Assembly: GCA_032027005.1 (NCBI GenBank)
Contig: JAVSMW010000006.1
Span: 111,268-137,542 of the forward strand
From: Thermincola sp.
GTDB lineage: Bacteria > Bacillota > Thermincolia > Thermincolales > UBA2595
Direction: 5' to 3'
Length of the DNA stretch: 26,275 nt
Positions 22,012 to 26,275 of this stretch are shown piece after piece. The position numbers and the translations under genes are program-made. Under the pieces are notes generated by a model. The model was not told the origin of the DNA. It did no database searches and worked only from the letters and a program-made list of their open reading frames with translations. Within the stretch, counting starts at the first letter, position 1. Each line of letters opens with the position of its first letter.

Positions 22012-23853
22012 CTTGAATTCGGAAAGTAAACTATAGAAATTCAGTATTATCAAGGCTTTAAAACCATTTTTTAGTGTAAAAATATTGACAAAAAAGAGAG
22101 AACACCACTTCTTTTCCGGAATTGTTTAAGTACCCAAACCAAAACATTCCAAAGGATGGTGACCCTCTAAAATGATGGTATCACAACTCATAACCATAAA
22201 TCAATTAGAAAATTTGTCAAGGCAACAAAGGCGTCAACTAGAACGAGAATACGAGAGAAAACTACATTCTGTACAACGCCGGACACGCAATTGTAATCTT
22301 CCGGTTAGTTTCGACAATCTGTCTATTACTGCATTCGGTAACTTCGGTAATTTGGAGGCTTTCAAGCAGGCTATCGATTTTCGAAGTATGTTTAATCGGG
22401 TTCGACTTAATCGTCATCATAACTGCAAATATACTGACGCTGAGTTACTGGACACCATTATTGATGCCATTTCGCTGGGATTATTACGGTTTTCCCACAT
22501 GAATATCCTGCAAAATGATCCCGGATATCAGAAAATCAAAGAGATAAAGCGGATACCGGATGAGAGTACTTTGCGGAATTTTTTGTCTCTGATATGTGAG
22601 CAGAAGGCCTTAGTTCAACTGGCTCTAGTTAATCAAGAACTGCTGTCACTTAAGGCCAAATCTGATGCACCCCGTGAAGTTTGGCTGGATATTGACGACA
22701 GTGTTCTCACAGTTTTCGGAAACCAAGAGGGGTCCGAAGTAGGTTACAATCCCCGTTACCACGGGCGGCCTTCCTACAAAGTAAAGGTAGCCTTTATCGC
22801 TGGAACTTGCGAACTGGTAAATGCCAGATTATACTGTGGGAAAGTAGCCAGCAACGGTCAGTTTATGGATTTCCTTAAAGAGACCTTGGCCATATTAACT
22901 GCCCAGAATATCATTGTAAAAGGCATCCGCATGGATAAAGGCTTCTTTGACGAAGATAACTTTGCCTACCTGGAAGAACAAGGTATCGAGTATGTTTGCA
23001 AAGCCAAGCTAACCAGTACTATGCGTAAGGTCATCAAATATCTGGATGAACAAAACCAGTGGCAGCAGTTGAGTAAACATTATGCTGCAGCAGAAATCAC
23101 TCTTCCCCTGCCGAAATGGTCAAAAGCGCGCAGGTTTGTGTTAATCCGGGAGACCCAGAAGCCACAGGTAATTGATAATCAACTTTGCTTTGACCTGGAA
23201 ACCCATGATTATCAAGTGATAGTAACTTCCAGTGAGGAATACAACCCAGAGGAGGTATGGCACGAATACAACAAGCGCTGTAACATTGAAAATAAAATTG
23301 ATGAACTCAAAGTAGGCTTGGGTTTTGAAAAAATGAGCCAGGAAGAAATGGATAGAAATGTTGCCTTTATGTGGCGGAAAGTACTGTCCTACAACCTGCT
23401 CAATTGGTTTCGACTGGCCTTGTTGGATGGCAAGGATAGTCACGCAGAAGTGCCAACTATCCGGCGCAAAATATTGAATGTACTAGGGAATATAGTTGGT
23501 AGCAACCGTTATCGGCATGTAAAATTAGCCCCAAACCCTTGGTTGCAAAAAGTATTGAAGACTATCAAAGAGAAGTTGCAAATATTCCTCAGCCAACAGG
23601 TCTGGATTGCCGTAAGTTCGGGCTAATACTAAACAAGGACGAAAACCAAAACCCAATAACCACTTTCCCATTCATTTATAGGCGGGGCTTGTTAATTACA
23701 CTCTAAACTCTGGCACTTTTGGGTAATGTAACCATAATACCAATTGCCTGACAAGTCAGGTGTCTAATGAACCAAAAACCGCAGTGCCATATCCTGCAAT
23801 TTTGTATTTTTAAGCCATTAGGTGAAATCCGGGAAGTACTTTCCGATTTCAAG
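22012..23853 (+). mobile_element. IS element (~1.84 kb), IS1380-family-like, complete copy
   Basis: The terminal inverted repeats are CTTGAATTCGGAAAGTA (22012-22028) and the reverse complement of 23837-23853, CTTGAAATCGGAAAGTA (16/17 match). The flanks show a possible 5-bp duplication, ATAAT, at 22007-22011 and 23854-23858. The element contains a single DDE transposase ORF. Confidence 0.8.
22172..23626 (+). CDS. DDE transposase, IS1380-family-like
   Basis: The 484-aa product has the block GYNPRYHGRPSYKVKVAFIAGTCELVNARLYCGKVASNGQFMDFL. This resembles the IS1380 signature (GYNP..G..SY.P...F......LR.GN..S..G). A C-terminal YNKRCNIENKIDELK block is also present. Confidence 0.8.
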   Translation: MMVSQLITINQLENLSRQQRRQLEREYERKLHSVQRRTRNCNLPVSFDNLSITAFGNFGNLEAFKQAIDFRSMFNRVRLNRHHNCKYTDAELLDTIIDAISLGLLRFSHMNILQNDPGYQKIKEIKRIPDESTLRNFLSLICEQKALVQLALVNQELLSLKAKSDAPREVWLDIDDSVLTVFGNQEGSEVGYNPRYHGRPSYKVKVAFIAGTCELVNARLYCGKVASNGQFMDFLKETLAILTAQNIIVKGIRMDKGFFDEDNFAYLEEQGIEYVCKAKLTSTMRKVIKYLDEQNQWQQLSKHYAAAEITLPLPKWSKARRFVLIRETQKPQVIDNQLCFDLETHDYQVIVTSSEEYNPEEVWHEYNKRCNIENKIDELKVGLGFEKMSQEEMDRNVAFMWRKVLSYNLLNWFRLALLDGKDSHAEVPTIRRKILNVLGNIVGSNRYRHVKLAPNPWLQKVLKTIKEKLQIFLSQQVWIAVSSG

Positions 23854-24145
23854 ATAATATTATTTCACATTTTTTTGTAAACTAGGATTTTATTTTTCTG
23901 GCATAAGCATTATAATATAGATAAAAGTTTGTATGAAAAATATTGGTAACAAAAGTTTTCCAAACTTTCGAAAAAACAGTATCATTTCCTTAGCCGCAGA
24001 CTATACGAAACTGACCCGTAACCGATTGTGAGGTGCAGATCCAGTCGTGTTAGTAAGAAATTTGGCAGAAACTGTCTTCGGGTGTAATTCCCGGATCTTT
24101 TGTCAAAGTTTGGTATTTCTGAACACTTATTTGGGGGAGTATTTT

Positions 24146-24643
24146 ATGACGAATAACAAAACTTCTAATGAGGCTGCTGCAGTTACTCAACATCTTTTAA
24201 ATGTTTACCGGCAGCTTTATAACAGGTATAATGAATTTGCGGCACAATTTGATCTTACAGCAACCCAGTTGGCATCCCTTGACAAGTTATCGATAAGTGA
24301 TGGGATGACGGTAGGAGAATTGGGCCAAATTATTGGAATTGAACGCAGCAGCGCAACGGGCTTTGTTAATCGAATGGTGGCTAAAAAGCTGATTGTCAAA
24401 TATCAGGATCAAACGGATAAAAGGTTAATGAGGATATACCTGACAACGAACGCCAAAAAAAAATTAGAGGCCAAGAAATCTGAGCAGTATTCATTTTCAA
24501 GAACTATTGGCGCTTACTTGGAAAGCCAGCTAATTTCAGACGAAATTACTCAGTTAAATCTTCTACTCCAGACAGTGGGTACCGCATTGGAGAAATTCTC
24601 TGTGTGGAAGGGTAAGGAAACCGGGGCAAGAGAAGAAAACTAA
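24146..24643 (+). CDS. MarR-family transcriptional regulator
   Basis: The ORF starts at 24047. I prefer the ATG at 24146, with GGGGGAG 6 nt upstream. The wHTH reads LTATQLASLDKLSISDGMTVGELGQIIGIERSSATGFVNRMVAKKLIVKYQDQTDKRLMRIYLT. Confidence 0.85.
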   Translation: MTNNKTSNEAAAVTQHLLNVYRQLYNRYNEFAAQFDLTATQLASLDKLSISDGMTVGELGQIIGIERSSATGFVNRMVAKKLIVKYQDQTDKRLMRIYLTTNAKKKLEAKKSEQYSFSRTIGAYLESQLISDEITQLNLLLQTVGTALEKFSVWKGKETGAREEN

Positions 24644-24737
24644 TATATCCAACTGAGTTTGAAACCCCAAAGTGACACTTGACAGGTGCATATAAACCCT
24701 TACTAAAATTTAGAGGCCCCTTACAGGTCAAAATAAA

Positions 24738-24762
24738 GGGCCGTCTTTTCGGCCCATTTTGG
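24738..24762 (+). terminator. Rho-independent terminator candidate after the MarR gene
   Basis: GGGCCG (24738-24743) pairs with CGGCCC (24750-24755) around a 6-nt loop. It is followed by ATTTTGG. The A-rich 5' flank may let it work in both directions. Confidence 0.6.
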
Positions 24763-25005
24763 CAAATAATATGATTGAACGCAAAACGTCCGGGTTAATT
24801 ACAACCGGCGCCTCTGCGCACTATGCGTCATCTTTTATTATTTAAATATGAATCAACAAGTGTGATCTGCCCAGGTCACGCTTTTTTGTTTGGCCTTACC
24901 CTGCGGGTGAGGTGGTGTAAGATATTACTACATATAGAAGGGAAAATGGCAAATAATGTCGAAGTCACTTAAATTATAAATGCGGATACCAATTTGGAGG
25001 GTGCC

Positions 25006-26196
25006 ATGAACCAAGGTGAGGAATATTTCCGCAAACTTATACAGTTATCAGCTGAAGAACAGCTGAGTGCAAGTGAGGAGCGGTTCCGGAGTTTGGTAGA
25101 GGCATCTCCCCTTGGGATTATGGTTTTTGACACCGAGGGTGTAATTACAACCATTAATTCCAGTATGCTGAAGATATTGGGTTCGCCTTGTCCGGGAGAA
25201 GCTGCTGATATTACCCTGCCTTCGGGTCAACCGTTATTGGATCCAGTTATTTCAGACAGAATTTTAAAGTGCATAGAATCCGGAGAATCTGAGGTATATG
25301 AACACTCTTGTACCTTAGAAGAGAATTCAGTCTGGTTACAGTTTTACATCAGCCCTCTGAACAATGGCCATGGAAGGGTAACAGGCGCTCTGGCCCTGGT
25401 GGAGGAGATTTCTGACAGGAAGAATATGGAAAATGAACTTATTGAAAAAGACCGGAGAATCCAAAAGGAACTTCAATTGGCCAATGCCATTCAATCGAGT
25501 TTATTTCCTATCAATTTACCCCAGGTTCCCGGCGTTACCGTTGCTGCCACGGCAGTATCAGCCAATGAAGTGGGTGGGGACTATTGTGACCTGTTTGTCA
25601 CCAAATATAATAAACTAGGCATTGCTATAGGGGATGTGATGGGGAAGGGTGTTCCGGCTGCCCTTTTTGTGGCTTTGACTTACGCCTTCGTTAGAAACTA
25701 CGCCTTGGAGTTGGATGAGCCCAGCACTTTGGTGAACCGGGTAAACAGGGGACTTTACGCACAGCTTGAGCTGACCCAGCAGTTTATTACCTTTTTCTAT
25801 GGTATTTATGACCCCGAGTCCCGAAATATAGTTTATACCAATGCCGGTCACAACCCGCCATTAGTATATCGGGCGGCCACCGGAGAATGTGAAGGCCTGC
25901 CTGTTCGTGATTTTATAATGGGTGGGATGCTGAATGCCCAGTACCGGGAAGGCTTATTTTCCCTGTTTCCAGGAGATGTGGCGCTTTTTTACACTGATGG
26001 TTTGAAAGAAGGCCGAAATCGGGCTAAGGAACAGTTTGGTATGGATCGGATTATCAACTGTCTCAAAGAAAACCATATTCATGATCCTGCCAGCATTCAG
26101 GAAATCCTCTCTTATGAGTTTGCAGAATTTCTTGATGGAGAACCGCCCTATGATGATGTAACAATGGTTGTTATTAAACTTGAAATCGGAAAGTAA
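25006..26196 (+). CDS. PAS-domain PP2C-type (SpoIIE/RsbU-like) serine phosphatase
   Basis: The PAS domain reads ERFRSLVEASPLGIMVFDTEGVITTINSSMLKILG. The PP2C/SpoIIE blocks are ANAIQSSLFP, ANEVGGDYCDLF, GIAIGDVMGKGVPAALF, YTNAGHNPP, LFYTDGL and YDDVTMVVIK. I prefer the ATG at 25006, after GGAGGG. Confidence 0.85.
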   Translation: MNQGEEYFRKLIQLSAEEQLSASEERFRSLVEASPLGIMVFDTEGVITTINSSMLKILGSPCPGEAADITLPSGQPLLDPVISDRILKCIESGESEVYEHSCTLEENSVWLQFYISPLNNGHGRVTGALALVEEISDRKNMENELIEKDRRIQKELQLANAIQSSLFPINLPQVPGVTVAATAVSANEVGGDYCDLFVTKYNKLGIAIGDVMGKGVPAALFVALTYAFVRNYALELDEPSTLVNRVNRGLYAQLELTQQFITFFYGIYDPESRNIVYTNAGHNPPLVYRAATGECEGLPVRDFIMGGMLNAQYREGLFSLFPGDVALFYTDGLKEGRNRAKEQFGMDRIINCLKENHIHDPASIQEILSYEFAEFLDGEPPYDDVTMVVIKLEIGK

Positions 26197-26275
26197 ACTA
26201 TAGAAATACTGTGTTATCAAGGCTTTAGAACTATTTTTTAGTGCAAAAAATTTGACAAAAAAAGAGGAAACACCA
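26179..26275 (+). mobile_element. Left end of a second, diverged copy of the IS1380-like element (runs off the right edge)
   Basis: 26179-26275 aligns with 22012-22109 with scattered substitutions and a 1-bp indel. It starts with CTTGAAATCGGAAAGTA, identical to the right IR of copy 1, and has the same orientation as copy 1. Confidence 0.8.

Noticed and set aside
24047-24145. N-terminal extensions offered by the ORF track: MarR from 24047, the ligase from 18407, and UbiD genes from 1089 and 6221.
   Set aside because: The extended starts lack SD sequences and add residues foreign to the families. The internal ATGs have well-spaced AGGAGG-type sites and give family-typical N-termini.
24860-24895. 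A possible terminator, GTGATCTGCCCAGGTCACGCTTTTTTGTTT, upstream of the phosphatase gene.
   Set aside because: The stem is only 4-5 bp. The T-tract is good, but the hairpin is too weak to call with confidence.

Overview
All credible genes lie on the + strand. Most are preceded by strong AGGAGG-type Shine-Dalgarno sites, which (by inference) suggests a Firmicutes/Clostridia origin, possibly Peptococcaceae. From 1 to ~20.7 kb the window is one large accessory locus built on the UbiD (prFMN-dependent decarboxylase/carboxylase) family. It holds six UbiD paralogues, one cut by the left edge. Four are 'alpha-type' with the canonical EGPFGE loop and two are divergent 'beta-type'. It also holds five paralogous Mrp/Nbp35-type P-loop ATPases, each with an N-terminal four-Cys motif and a C-terminal CxxC; four small proteins of unknown function; and a short Cys/Gly-rich ORF. 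A cofactor-supply block follows (FmdB zinc ribbon, archaeal-type CTP-dependent riboflavin kinase, HAD hydrolase). The locus ends with a small protein, UbiD, a benzoate-CoA-ligase-like enzyme and UbiX, in the order I recall for the proposed anaerobic benzene carboxylase locus (abcD-abcA-bzlA-ubiX). My reading is a multi-module, possibly ATP/Fe-S-assisted, arene carboxylase super-cluster with its own prFMN supply. The role of the Nbp35-like ATPases is the most novel open question. The AT-rich gap at 5.1-6.3 kb holds a duplicated promoter/leader cassette and a recurring 14-bp palindrome (GTTCGTATACGAAC) that reappears upstream of the last module. From 20.8 kb to the right edge the window contains a degenerate-HAD::MarR fusion regulator and an IS1380-like element with inverted repeats. 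These are followed by a MarR gene, a PAS-PP2C (SpoIIE/RsbU-like) phosphatase, and the start of a second, diverged copy of the same IS, which supplies the last codons of the phosphatase. I found no rRNA, tRNA or CRISPR. Every homology statement rests on motif recognition by eye; no searches were run.
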